Shown one piece after another: positions 39,817-52,335 of a stretch of DNA of 64,000 nt. Position 1 is the first letter of the stretch. Each line of letters starts with the position of its first letter. The notes beneath the pieces are model-generated. The model saw only the letters and a program-made list of their open reading frames with translations, ran no database searches and was not told where the DNA came from. Position numbers and translations under genes: made by a program. This DNA comes from Camelus dromedarius (lineage: Eukaryota): the NCBI RefSeq assembly GCF_036321535.1, contig NC_087437.1, positions 93,932,001 to 93,996,000 of the forward strand, read 5' to 3'.

Positions 39817-40205
39817 AAAAGACATGTAGAGATATACAGAGTGAATCAATGAACAAAATTTTGCTCTTAAGTTTCTAATTATCAAGGAAGGAAATGGGAA
39901 TGGGGTCAGATAAGTTGCAATAAAATATGAGAAACCACAAAAAAAAAAAAAAAACCAATGTGCAGGGTATAGATCAACAGACTGGGAAAGTTGGGAAACA
40001 GGCTTGATTGAAGGGACACTATTTTTGGTAGGTTTTGCAGCTGAGTTTATCAAAGAATTGAATCCTCCAGGTCAAGGAACAAAAAACATCTACAGTTTCT
40101 CCAGCCTGTAGAGAATCTCACATAGGCTGTGTTAGGGATGTAGTGGAGATTGAAATGTTAAATTGTCAAATTGGAGTAAGGTTTTGAAAGTCTTGAGTAG
40201 GCCAC

Positions 40206-40607
40206 TGTAAAAGCTGGTCCCGTTTCAAAGCCGATGAGAATGGAGAATGGAGACTCAGGATTGGTTTTAGCTGCTCCTAGTTTGTTTAATAACAGACTAA
40301 TAAACAAGCCATACAAGATATTCTCACAAGGTCAAGGGTGCAAGTGAATCAGTGAGTCCCCTTTGATTCTCTCCTTTGTTTCTCAAGCAGGCCTCCAGTG
40401 GAAATGACCAATGTAGACTATAAAGAATGAGAAATCTGTCAAGTCAAAGGGGCTCAGGATGCCATTAGGCTGGGGGTTTGGCCTTGTCAGCCATAAAGAG
40501 TCTACCAATTACCAGATAACATTTTGCTTATCAGACCACAATTAAATTTGTTTTAGAGTTGTCTCTTAATATACCACTGAGACTAATGCAGTAATCCTGG
40601 CCTGACA
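40206..40607. mobile_element. Possible old LTR inserted in an L2 fragment
   Basis: ~400-bp block bounded by TG...CA that interrupts antisense-L2-like sequence (~39950-40205 and ~40610-40940); no TSD and family not recognised. Confidence 0.3.
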
Positions 40608-41024
40608 ATTTAAGGCATACAAATGTATTTTTAATGTTATTATCTAAATAAAATAATTTGAACAATTAGAGACATAGTGACATGGGCAATTTTATCTCTG
40701 GTAAGGTAACGCTGACAGTGTGATGCTCAATTAATTTGAAATGGGACAGGGAGAAAAGGATGACAGGAATAGGATGCTGTTGTAATTGCCAAAATAAAGG
40801 TTAAGGCCTAAAATTAGAGCAGTTGAGGTGAGAACATAGAGGTTAGATGTAAAAATCATGTGTGAAGGAGGTGATAGAATTTAATGAATTTGGATAAAAA
40901 GGAAGAGAATAAGAACCCTTCCAGTTTGAGAGGATGAGTTACTGACTAGCAAAACCCCACATTTATTGAAAAATAACAGAATTGTTAAATTTAGGGTACA
41001 GAAAATATTCCTGAAATATAGTAA

Positions 41025-41205
41025 CTAGAGTCCTAGTTAAAATGCTGGCTACCTCCTTTCCCTGTGTGAACTTGAGCAAGTTACTTAACTTCCCTGTTTC
41101 ACTGTTTGCTTATCAGAAATTAGAGAATAATAACACTAGTGAGGCATAAGTTTTTGTAAAGATTAAATGAGATAATATGATTATAACATATAAGACAGTG
41201 GCAGA
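41025..41205 (+). mobile_element. MIR SINE
   Basis: 'ctgtgtgaacttgagcaagttacttaacttccctg...gtaaagattaaatgagataata'. Confidence 0.8.
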
Positions 41206-43054
41206 AGCTTAAACAGGGGAAACAGCATTTTGAAATTCATGAATTCATGAATGTGGAAAAAAATTATTAGGAATGGAAATTGGAATAGAAATGAGTAATT
41301 AACAGAACTTGTAGAATCTTGATATTTAAGAGTTTCAAACAAAAGAGAAAAATATATAAACTAAAATGGAGAAAAAATAGAGAAGTAAGAAAAGAACTAG
41401 AATAGAGAGGTGCAAAGGAAGCCAATAGAAAGGATACACACTTTTCAAAATGCAGAAAATGCATTAGTTTTGTGAGAGGAGTACAGCATACTATGTTGTG
41501 TCAAAATTTGAATTTATACTTAAACTGTGCAATATAGAATAATTTATCAATAAAAAGATCACTAGCTGAATCTTCAGAACTAATCCTGCAGTAAAAACTT
41601 TTTTCGACGTTTTGGTAAGCTTCATAACAAGATGTGATCATGATATCAAATTAAAAATTAGGAAATACACAATTAATTATTAAAGTGAGAAGATAAGAGC
41701 AAACTTGATTTGCTTTGGAATTCCTTCAAATACTAGAGATATTATAGCTTAGATTTCACAGGTAAAGAAAGCTACACACAGGTATTAAATTATATAAGGG
41801 AAAAGTAATAATAATCACTAGCAAACACAAAATTTGTGTAGAGATTTTGAGGAGTATATTATTTCATATTTTGAGTATCTATTTAAATTAACAAATTATA
41901 TCTTAAAATTTGGAGCAATGATTCAGGGTACAGGTATCAATATTGTTGATTTTGTTTACATACCCAAACTGGTAACATAGAGCCAGACTGTAGTAAATGT
42001 TAAAGTCTTGCTACTTACAAAAATAATGAAAAGTTAATATTTGCTTCACTTTCCCTAAATATCTTTCTCAAATAGTCATAATTATCAATGCTTAATTCTA
42101 TTTTTTTAACTTTTTTGCAGTTTTAAAATAAACAACCCTATTAAGATCTTTGCACTGAAAAATCTCTTAAAAAATAATCACTTCATTAAGAAGATTCAGG
42201 TATTCATGAAGTACTGAAATGTGGATAATGACTTGAGCATGTCACTAAAATGATCATCTGTCCCCAATTAACAGTGATATATTGCAGTTGAGAGGTCTTT
42301 TAATGATCATATTACTGGGAAATTATTGCTACTCATATAATTCATCCTTATAATCATGTATTTATCAAAGAAACAAAAGACAAGTCTCCCAAGAGGCTTA
42401 TTATAATCCTTATTCTCTTGATTTTTAATTGGTAAAGAAGATAGCTTTTTCTTTTTTTTTTTTTTCTGAAAGACCAGCTGGGTTTTCATCAACAGAAGTA
42501 TCATTTAAAATTATGCAATTGTCGTGTACATAAATCTCCATTTTTAAAGGGCAGAAAATAATATGCCAAAGTGAAGAATCACTTAATAGCAATCTTTCTG
42601 TTCTACTGAGTCATCATCAAATCAAAGATTATGTATGCAACATCTATAGATTCAAGGCAATCTATTAACCATTGAAGTTAAATAGCATTAAAGTGATAAG
42701 GTAAATGTATATAGTACTAGGAAACAAGTTATATGTAGATCCTTTCATTTGCTTCAGAATTATTTTTACCAATTTTTATAAATTTAAGTAATTCTAAATT
42801 ACTGTATTTTAGTTATATATTTAAATGTGGCAATGTGTCTAGCAAGACAGCACTTCAGAATACCAGCCACTTTCTAAGTCCTTTTGAGGCACCTATTCTC
42901 AGTTCTAATGCCCTGGTTCATCTGTGACCATGCATGTCAATAAGTTTGACATCAGACTCAGAATACATTTCAGATATTATTATAGGTGGGTGGAGTAAGT
43001 CATTCAAAATAACAAAGGATTTATGACTTCTTGTTATCCTCAATCACCTAATAA

Positions 43055-44378
43055 AATTTCTTCACTGTAGAGTCACCTTTTCCACCTTGTTGCCTCCCCA
43101 CCTTTACACACTATATACCCTGGAAGTTCCTGTGTCCAGCCCATACCTGGGGAATGGGGAGTCAGATCCTCCCACCTTGAGGGTGAAGTATCTGTTATTT
43201 GGAATAATTCTTCATGAGACATTTATCTCTTCTTCCCCATTAATTAATTTATCAATATTTCTATGGGCTTGTGGATATTTATTTTATACTTTGTGTTATA
43301 GTATTATTTTGAGATTGTTCATATTGTTCCAGCTTTGATTGAACATTGAGGACTCATTCAGTTGGCTCCTGAACTCCTTTGCCACATCTCCCTATCACTG
43401 TGTGTGTGATGTGTGCATATATGTGTGTTTGGGCATTTTCTTACTTTCTGGCATTACAAGATGCTCTAAGCTCAACCTGTGTATTTCCTGCCTTGGCCTA
43501 CAAGCAGTCATTGCTACAGGAAGTCCTGGTAGCTTTTACTGGAGAACAGTAAAGATAAACAAGATCTGGGTACCAGATGTGTTCCTTGCTACTGGGATGC
43601 TTGTTTGTTTGTTTTTAGTCTTCTCAGCTAACAGAGCAAAATTATGTGTGTTTAAACAAACCTGTATATATACACATATCTATAAATATTTCTATATGTA
43701 ACCATCTGTATTTATATTCAACTAAACTTGAGTTTATTCTGATGTCTCCCATCCGTTACCACATACATCATTCTAGCTTCTTCCCCTTGTTTATCTGTAA
43801 ACTCCCTCTCCAACAGTGAGAATCTGGCTCCCATCAACTGTCATCTGTTTATTTAATTATTGCATGAATAGCAACATCAACAGTCATAAATCATATTGAC
43901 AATATGTACACTTGATATGATGTAATGACAGCGCCATTTTACTTCTGTGGTCTTCCTAGCCATAACCCACAGCACTAATCTTATCACAAAGAAAAGAAAA
44001 AAAAGAATTTGACAATCCAGTTGAGAAACTTTCTACAAAATACCTAAGTACTGCTCAAAATATTCAAAGGGATAATAAACAGGGACAGTGAGAAGGTACA
44101 ATAGCCAAGATGAGCCAAAAAGATGTGATGACTAAAGGTAATATGGTAGTGTGGGTGGGAATCTGCAACTATAAAGGGATGTTAGGTAAAAACTAATAAA
44201 ATCTAAAATAAACTGTAAATTTTAATTACCAGATATCAATATTGGTTAATTTACTGTAACAAATGCATCATACTAATGTAAGATATTAATAGTTAAGGAA
44301 ACTGGGAACTCTCTGTACTGTCTTCTCTGATTTTTAAGTAAATCTAAAACTGTTCTAAAAAGTTAAGTTTGATAAAAA
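43055..44378 (+). mobile_element. L1MC3-like 3'UTR insertion with 5' inversion
   Basis: 43055-43863 is antisense and 43865-44378 sense L1MC/MD 3'UTR, ending 'gtaaatctaaaactgttctaaaaag'; both parts are homologous to 38050-39380. Confidence 0.8.
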
Positions 44379-44799
44379 GATTTTTAGAAAAGGATATTTA
44401 ATGTGTGTCAGAGTATGCTCACACAAATAGCCATCAACAATTCAATTGTGCATAAGAAGTAAATAAAGAATAGTTATTAACTATTTAAGTAATGTCACAA
44501 AACATACTGCTGCAGGAAAGATACTTAAAACTTTTCTTAGTGATAAATCATTTGATAGCTAAAATTTGGCTCTGTGGTAGGTTTCATATTCAACAGTTGT
44601 AAAATAAACCTAATTAATAGTAAAGTGGAAGAAATTGAAAACCTAAATTTATAAATATATAAAAAGAATAGATTTTTACACTGTATAAAACAGTTAACTA
44701 AATGCCAGATGTAATGTCAGTATGATCAAGAACAGTATGATAGTGTCAGTCAAATGCTTTAGTACCCTGGTATAGAGCTCATAAATTATACTAATGACG

Positions 44800-46123
44800 T
44801 GTGTGTATTAATTGTCTATGCTGTGTAACAAAATCATAAGCTTTGCAGTCTGAGCTAAGATATATTTATTAGCTCATAGTTCCTCTGCATCAGGAGCCTG
44901 GGCAGAACTTGGCTGGGTCCTCTGCTCAGATCTCCCAATGATGCAGTCATGTTACTGCTTGAGCTTTGTTTCTTTCCAGAACTTAGAATTCTCTTCCAAG
45001 CTCATGTGGTTGTTGGAAGAATATTGTTCTTTGCAATTATAGGGCTAAGTTCTACACTTTCCTGCTGTTAGTCAGAGGTGCCTTTCAGCTCCTAGCATCT
45101 CTGAGCATTTCTTGCCAAAACCGGTCATCTCACAGGTTCTTGTACAGCAGGATTTCACTTCTTCAAAGCCAGCAGGATTTTTCTCTTCATGAATGGTGCA
45201 GTGCCCCCCCCCCTTTTTTTTGCTTTTACAACACAATTTATTTTTTAATACAGCTCTTTATGTATGCCATAAAGTAAATATACCAATAAAAGGCAAGGAT
45301 TTCAAACAACACATTTTAAAAAATCAACCAAGAACTAACAGAGTGCTAGTAAACACCTTCCTTGCTGCAGAATGGGGGTGGGCTGACGGGAGTGCTCCTC
45401 TGCTGGGAATCCAGGCCCGTTGGCTATGGAAGATGGTGGCCATTTGGTTGTTCCAGAGCCTTTTGAAGGGAGGGAGACAGAATACCAAAGAAGGCATGTT
45501 TTCTCAAGAATCTAGATTAGAAGTGTGGTTTATTAATCAAAATACTAGGCTGGGGTGGGGGATCCACTCCAGCTCTGCCAGGAACCATCCAAATGACCTA
45601 GATCAAACCACTTACCCTCCCTACTTCTCAGTCTACATCTTTGCAATAACGGAAGAGCTGAGTTAGTGATTCTGTAGGTCCTTTCCCATCAGGTTTACGA
45701 CACTAAAAGGCTGTAGGCTTGACAGAGGTCTGTGCTACCCAGACTATAATCTCCTTCGTGAAGAATCCATACCAGATTCATCCCCTCAACCTCTGTCACT
45801 GAACCCAGAACAGAGGAGGAACTCAGTGCATCCTTTTTGAGTGGATAAACAAACATGAAAGGGAATTCAAGGAGAAAAAAAATGCAGGGTTAAAAAAAAA
45901 AAACACTGCTTCTACACACATACACACATACACACATCAGTACAAGAACGGTTGTCCTGATTGTCCGGAAGAGAAGGCCTCCTTGGGGTTCTTAGAAAGA
46001 AAGCCATGTATTCTGCCTTGGCTGGGGTTCAAGGCAAACCTGGTACTAACTAAAGAGTGACCGGAGCTGTCCTGAGCCTTGAATATATGAGGGACAATGG
46101 CATTGCCTCTTTAAGGGCTTTCA
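44800..46123 (-). mobile_element. MLT1 (E-like) LTR split by a retrocopy at 45214-46095
   Basis: MLT1 motifs at 44800-45205 ('ggctgggtcctctgctcag', 'ttccaagctcatgtggttgttgg', 'cttcttcaaagccagcagg'); MLT1 sequence resumes as 'ctttaagggctttca' at 46109-46123. Confidence 0.8.
45214..46095 (-). pseudogene. Processed retrocopy of a polyadenylated transcript 3' end (3'UTR only; parent unidentified)
   Basis: Poly(T) 45214-45221; minus-strand AATAAA at 45237-45242, 15 nt from the tail; degenerate TSD gcagtgcc(c)nttt / gcattgcctcttt; CTTT/AA endonuclease-like site; interrupts an MLT1. Confidence 0.7.
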
Positions 46124-46124
46124 A

Positions 46125-47960
46125 CACGTGTTTTTCTCTCAGTGCATTGTATCAAGTGACTCCTAAAGTTGAAGTATCCCACTACTGTAGATCTTAATTT
46201 TAATCCCTCAGTTAAGGTGGTGACTGTGAGCTTTCTCCACTGTGAAATTATTATTTCCCCATTGTAATCAGTAAGTGTATTGTGATGTTATACTTTGAGA
46301 TTACAATAAGTTATTAAACATAAGACTTTCAAATGCTAATTATTACACATATTGAGGATCCTTGCCTAGGTCAATTATTATTTTATGATTATCAAAGAGC
46401 AATTTTTTGTAATTCTGCCATCCTGTCTACATACTTTAGCTGTCTGTCTACTGTTAGGAAGAACATTCTCTTATTTGTTTGCATTTATTTATTTGTATCA
46501 ATATGCATTCCTGGGTTCTTATGGTGTTCACTGTATTATAATTATCTACTTATATTATTTATTTGATACACAAATTGTCATAAATTTCTCAGTATGGACT
46601 CCTTCATGTTGACTCTTACGTTCTTTGAAATTTCTGCATCACTCTTTAAGCATGTCCTGACTTGCTGGCACGTAACAGTATTCTAGACTCAACTAGGATC
46701 AGTTGATCTAGTCCTGGCATCGCCATTTCATGAAGGATCTCTAGTTCCTTTTAGTGGAGACATATATAGAAGCCAAAATCTGGACACTGTGTTCCATGCT
46801 ACTGAAGGTCATGGCTTCTTGGCTATATTAGAGGACAGTATGGGAAATAAATGAATGTATAGTGTATTTTCACAAATATCTATAACATCGCTTCTATTTC
46901 AGTATGTATCTCTTATGTATTCATCTATCATCTGCCAATTCCAAACCTACCACCTACTAATCTGGAGTAGACTGCCTTTTTCTTTAGTTTCTCCTTTCCC
47001 TACTCCTACAGGGCCAGTTTCAGATTTCACCCAGGAAGCCCCCACGCACTTTCAAACTAACAGTGACGAATCAGGATCTCATTATCACAGGATATTAGCC
47101 TATTAACTCACTCATAGAATACATGGAAAGCACTTTAAGAATTGCTAACACATAAAAATAGAGAAATGAAATAGCAACTAAAGTACAAGATTTGTGTTTA
47201 GCCTAAAAGCACATAGTCCAAATACTGTTATTTTTTTTTCTTCTTTCCTATAATTATACTAATCACTTGAAATCTACTTGAATTTATGTGTTTCTGTTCA
47301 TTTCTATATTAGTGTTTTCTCTATTACTTTTGATTTCTGAGTTTATTATTTTGGGGGTATGTGAAACATTAACATAATTTTAAAGTCAGAATTGTATAAA
47401 AAATACATTCACAGGAGTGTCCCTCTCAATCTCTATTTAATTTCTATTCTTTCTACCCAGTGTGCAGCCATCTCAACATAAGTAACTAACATTGGTTACC
47501 AGTTTACCATTTCTGTGTTTATGCATAAGGAAGCAAATTCATATGTATTTTATTTTCCCCTCTTTTTTCACAAAATTGGTTATCCCTTTGTATGTATAGA
47601 TACTCTTTTTTCTTCAAAATCATTCTACATCAGATCTTATAGATCTTTCTTATTCCGTTTTACAGCTACATGGCCATTTTGTGGATATACTCATTTATTA
47701 ACATCTCTGCTATGTATGGACTTTCACACTGTTTCCAGTATCTTGTAAATACAAAAAAATCCTGCAATTAATGAATACACATTTATGTATTTTCATATTA
47801 TTGGAGGTGTGATTTCAGCATAAACTCCAAGAAGGGGAATTTTTGAATCATAAGATAAACACATATGTTGTTTTGTTAAATTCCTCTCCATAAGGGTTCT
47901 ACAGATTGGAATTTGCACTAGAAATGTGGGAGTGCCAGTTTTCCCACAGCTGTATTAACA
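46125..47960 (-). mobile_element. Old L1 3'UTR/ORF2-end fragments (L1MC4/5-like)
   Basis: 'gttaaggtggtg...tttctccactgtgaaattattatttccccattgtaatcagtaagt', 'ctagttccttttagtggaga', 'gaatttgcactagaaatgtgggagtgccagttttcccacagc'. Confidence 0.7.
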
Positions 47961-49568
47961 AATTTATGGCATTTTAGAATTGGCAAAAAAATATGTAGAT
48001 GCCTTATTCCAACATCTTTATTTTGCAAATGAGATAAAGAATGCACTACTTAAGGTTGAACTACCCTTGCTTAATTTTATAATGGCAAATCACATCCTAA
48101 AGCTTTGCAATGAAGACAGATAAGGTATGGCATAGAGTGAAAGTAACTGGACTTAGAGTTGTAAATCCTAAAACATAATTTTTCTAAATTTCCTAAAGGT
48201 GTATTGATTTTAAAAACATATTTCATATCATTTAAACTGATATTTTAAAACAAAACCCACAACATGCTAAAGAAAATATCCCTTTCCTTTTGGTTGGGGA
48301 AAATAGATTTTATTTCCCAAGGATTTCATATAGGCTATATATTTTGCAACTCTATTAATTCCAATAATATCATATCAAAATCGGGTCTTCAATTTTTCCA
48401 CAGAGATTTATAGGCTCAAACAGAGATGATACACAATCTTTGAGCATAATCAGTATACTCTGCTCTGCAAAATAAGCCCACATGCCTGAATTCCTTGCCT
48501 GAATGCTTCTGCAAACACATTACGTCCTGTCTTGTGCTATACATTACTATTAGTAAATGAAATATTGATGTAGTTTGGGTATACTCATTACTGTAGCCGA
48601 CATTCTGGATTTATTCCATGATATGCATATAATTCAGTTTAGTAAACACACAATCCTGATTTATTTGGCTACTTGGAACCACAAAAGTCTTCAGAAAGAT
48701 TCCTTTTTTCTTCCTAATGCAATGTCTGAAGCTTACATTCTCATCCTCACTATAAATGCAATCTATATGTCACTCTTAATTTTACATTTCCTTTTAGGCC
48801 AGGCTCTAATTTTTACATGATAAAAAGCAGATATAATTTGATTTACACACTTGATATTTGATAATAAAAAAATGAAAATTTCTTACAGAAAAAGTCACTA
48901 GGTTAACTAGAAATGATTGTGACATTCAGTCCTTTTTTCTGATTTAATTAACACTATAGATATATTATTTGAAATACTAAACTAGACATTTAAAATGCCC
49001 TATTATAACTCAGTCAGTATTGATTAAATAAAGAGCAGCTCCATATTTGAATGAAATACGATAGTCTCTAAGTACTTCATTGTTTCTTGTTTATTTTGCA
49101 AGCTTAGAATACTATTTTATGTTGTTTAAAACTACTGATTTCTTTTAAATAGAATGAAATCTACACATAATGTAATGTATTGTTTAGGAATTTGATACAT
49201 TACACGTACATTCAAGCCTTGTCTGATATAATTATTTATTTAATCTGCCTTTTCTCTGTATTAATTTCCTTCTTTCTTTTCTGACTTTTGGTCACTTTCC
49301 TACAAAGTTAGGAGAAGTACACACACTCATGGAATAATCATTATTTTACATTTTTTAAAATTATATTTGGTGTTTAGTGTAAAGTTTTATACACATCATA
49401 GTTTCTAGGGTTTAATCCTTAAAGACTATTGAAGATTAAAAGATCCATCACATAATGAATAATTGTCATACAATAAATACATTTTACTCTAAAATTATCA
49501 TCAGGATAAATAGGGTGTGTTAATTTGCTGAAAACATTCATGAATATCCTACAAAATACACAAACACA

Positions 49569-51245
49569 GATAGACGGAGAAGATGGCGGAGTAGAAGGAC
49601 GCTCGCAGGTCACCCTCTCCCACAAATACACCAAGACCCACATCTACAGACCCACTTAGCCAACCAGAGCACCTGTGGAACTCCAACAGAACATCGCCCT
49701 CTTCAAAAGATAAAGACGCCAAAAATCTGGTAGGAGAAAAGGAAAAAAGAAAGAACAAAAGGCAAAGCAGTGCGGGACGGGTCCCGCGGGGAGGGAGCGG
49801 CAAAGGAAGACTGGCGCTCGCTCGCTGGGTCTCCCCTCTACAACTGAGAGGCCAGCGGGACGGAGGGGGAGCCTCCGAGGCTCAGATCTGTACAGAGCAG
49901 CCCTTGACTAACAGAACTAAGTTAAACGGGCATAGAGCGTCCCCCCAACACCCAGCCTGAGACGCGGGCCGTCAGCGGCGGGCAAGGCCAGGCTGCACAA
50001 GCCGGGCGGAGGACGGAAGTGGCTGCACGGAGGCAGCCCCGGAGGAACGCAAGGGGCTGCGCGCCATGGCTGTGGGTGCACAGGGCAGAACAACCTGGGC
50101 CCTCCATAAAACAGCAAGGTTGATGTGCTCTCGGGGGAAGGGTGCACACCCCCACCTCTGAAAACCCGCGGAAAGTTTTCGGGGGAAGAGAGGCGGGGCT
50201 CAGGCACAGCCGCCATATCCTCCGGGCTTAGCACCCAGGCGGGGGCGGGAGCGAAACCTGCATCCGCACTGAAGGGCTTAGCAGCCTCAAAGGCCAGACT
50301 GAAACTGGCCTGCAGCCCGGGGCAGACAGGATCCTTCCATCCTGGTCCCTCAGAGAACTTGCTCCACAAAGACAAACAAGGAGCTGGGTTTTGGCTCAGA
50401 GCAGGGACAGGGCTGTCCCTCGGTCTTCCCCGAGCCCACCTTCGGAGCGCCGACCAGGGCGGAGCGCACAGCCGCACAGAGAGCGGAGCTACCGGTGGCG
50501 CAGGTAGAGGGAGAGCGGCCCCCCCGCCTTTCGGGCAGGAACACAGCCCCTGACCGAGGTGCTGGGAGGGGGCACGACCCGCCCTCCTACCTGGCCAGTC
50601 TGCAACATCTGACTGTGGCATCTGGAGGGGCAGCGACCCGCCCGCCCACAGCAGAGAGCTGCACCTGACCCAGTGTTAGGAGGAGGCGTGATCTGCTTGC
50701 CGACAGGTGCTGGGAGCAGCACAGAAGAGGGCTCCAACGGAGGGCCTCTGAAAACAGTAAGCTGAGCTTCCAAAACAGGATGAAGACAGAAAGACTTCAC
50801 AGTAAAAGCACACAGACTCCAGGAGAACACTGACAACCCCCTCCTTTTTTTTTTTTAAATCTGTTTTTACCTGTTCTATTTTCTATTACTCTCTTAATTT
50901 TTACTTCTTAATTCATTTCTATTTCTCTTGGGTTTTGTTGTCCTGTTATTGATTAGACACAGGTTTCAAATACATCTATTCATCTCCCCCCCGCCTTTTT
51001 TTTCTAAAGGTTTTAAAAGGACGTCTCAACCCGATTAATACTCTGCTTCAACTCACTCTTCTATTATTCATTATACACTGTTTTCAAACCCTCTTTCTCC
51101 CTTCTTTTAAAATTCTTTCTCTCTCTCTCTTATTTTTTTTTTCTTTTTTTCCTAAGTTCTCTTCCTAAATAGGCATCAGATAGATAAAATCCTTAAGGAC
51201 CAAAATAAACAACTGATACTCCATAAACCACAGTGCCAAAGAGGT
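49569..51245 (+). promoter_or_regulatory. L1 5'UTR internal Pol II promoter with CpG island (~49770-50750)
   Basis: YY1-type motif aagatggcgg at 49580-49589, at the position expected from human L1; dense CpGs; GC box ggggcggga at ~50242; pyrimidine-rich tract 50840-51165. Confidence 0.85.
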
Positions 51246-52149
51246 ATGAGCAAGATGAAGAAGCAGAAAAACCTTTCCCAATTAAAAGAACAAGAGAAAT
51301 CCCCTGAAAGAAAGATCAACGAAATAGACATCGATAGCCTACTAGATCAAGATTTCAAAAAAGGATTGATCGAATTGCTGAGGGAATTAAAAGAGATAGT
51401 GTTTAGAGATATAAAATATGTCAAAAATGAAATTGAAGCTATAAAGAAGAGCCAAGTAGAATGGGTAAACTCATTGACAGAGATGAGGAATGATCTAATA
51501 GCTGTGCAAAGCTGACTAGATAATGCAGAGGAACGAATTAGTGATCTAGAAGACAGGGCAATAGAAAGCACCCATTCAGAAGAACTACAAGAGAAGCAAA
51601 TAAAAAATAATGAAAATAGCATAAGGGACCTATGGGATAATATAAAGCGTCCCAATCTTCGCATGATAGGGGTCCCAGAAGGAGAAGAAAGATCAAAGGG
51701 GATTGAAAAGATTTTTGAAGAAATCATGACTGAAAACTTCCCAAACTTAAAGAAGGAATCAGATATCCAAGTACAGGAAGCTCAGAGGGTCCCAAACAGG
51801 AAGAACCCAAATAGACCCACACCAAGACATAGCATAATCAAGATGGCCAGAGTTAAGGATAAAGAAAGGATTCTAAAGGCAGCAAGAGAAAAGCAAAGAG
51901 TAAGTTACAAGGGAACCCCCATAAGGCTCTCAGCTGATTTCTCTACACAAACACTACAGGCCAGAAGGGAGTGGCAAGATATATTCAAAGCCCTGAATGA
52001 AAAAAAGATGCAGCCTAGGATCCTTTATCCAGCAAGGCTATCCTTGAGGATAGAAGGAGAAATAAAGAGTTTCACAGACAAAAAAAAAGCTGCAGGAGTT
52101 TAGCAACACTAAACCCATGCTAAAAGAAATATTGAAAGGGCTATTCTAA
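51246..52149 (+). pseudogene. ORF1: L1 ORF1p (RNA-binding chaperone: coiled coil, RRM, CTD), disrupted, ~300 aa when repaired
   Basis: MSKMKKQKNLSQ...; in-frame TGA at 51513-51515, after which the frame continues into 'LWDNIKRPNLRMIGVPEGEE...TPIRLSADFS...ARREW...YPARLS'; +1 A in the run at 52080-52088 shifts the C-terminus 'LQEFSNTKPMLKEILKGLF*'. Confidence 0.95.
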
Positions 52150-52335
52150 ATAGAAAAGCAGCAGGATGCTACAGAAATGAGAAACACACAACTGGAAAGG
52201 TGATAACTCATGAATTACAAATAAAGTAAACATGAAATTATAAAAGAAGACATACAAATCACTGAGAGTGGGAGAGGGAGGCAGGGAAATATAGAATATT
52301 TTTTTCTTTCTTTTTTAAATTTTTTTAACAGTAGG

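Noticed and set aside
45193..45666. 157-aa plus-strand ORF
   Set aside because: It starts in the MLT1, runs through the poly(C)/poly(T) junction and is antisense to the inferred retrocopy; no recognisable domain.
1775..48820. The 60-126 aa ORFs of the supplied track as host genes
   Set aside because: Many have non-ATG starts, lie in decayed repeats or microsatellites, and show no domain motifs or consistent exon structure.
50125..50553. 142-aa sense ORF in the L1 5'UTR
   Set aside because: Non-ATG (GTG) start, GC-rich low-complexity product, no homology recognised.
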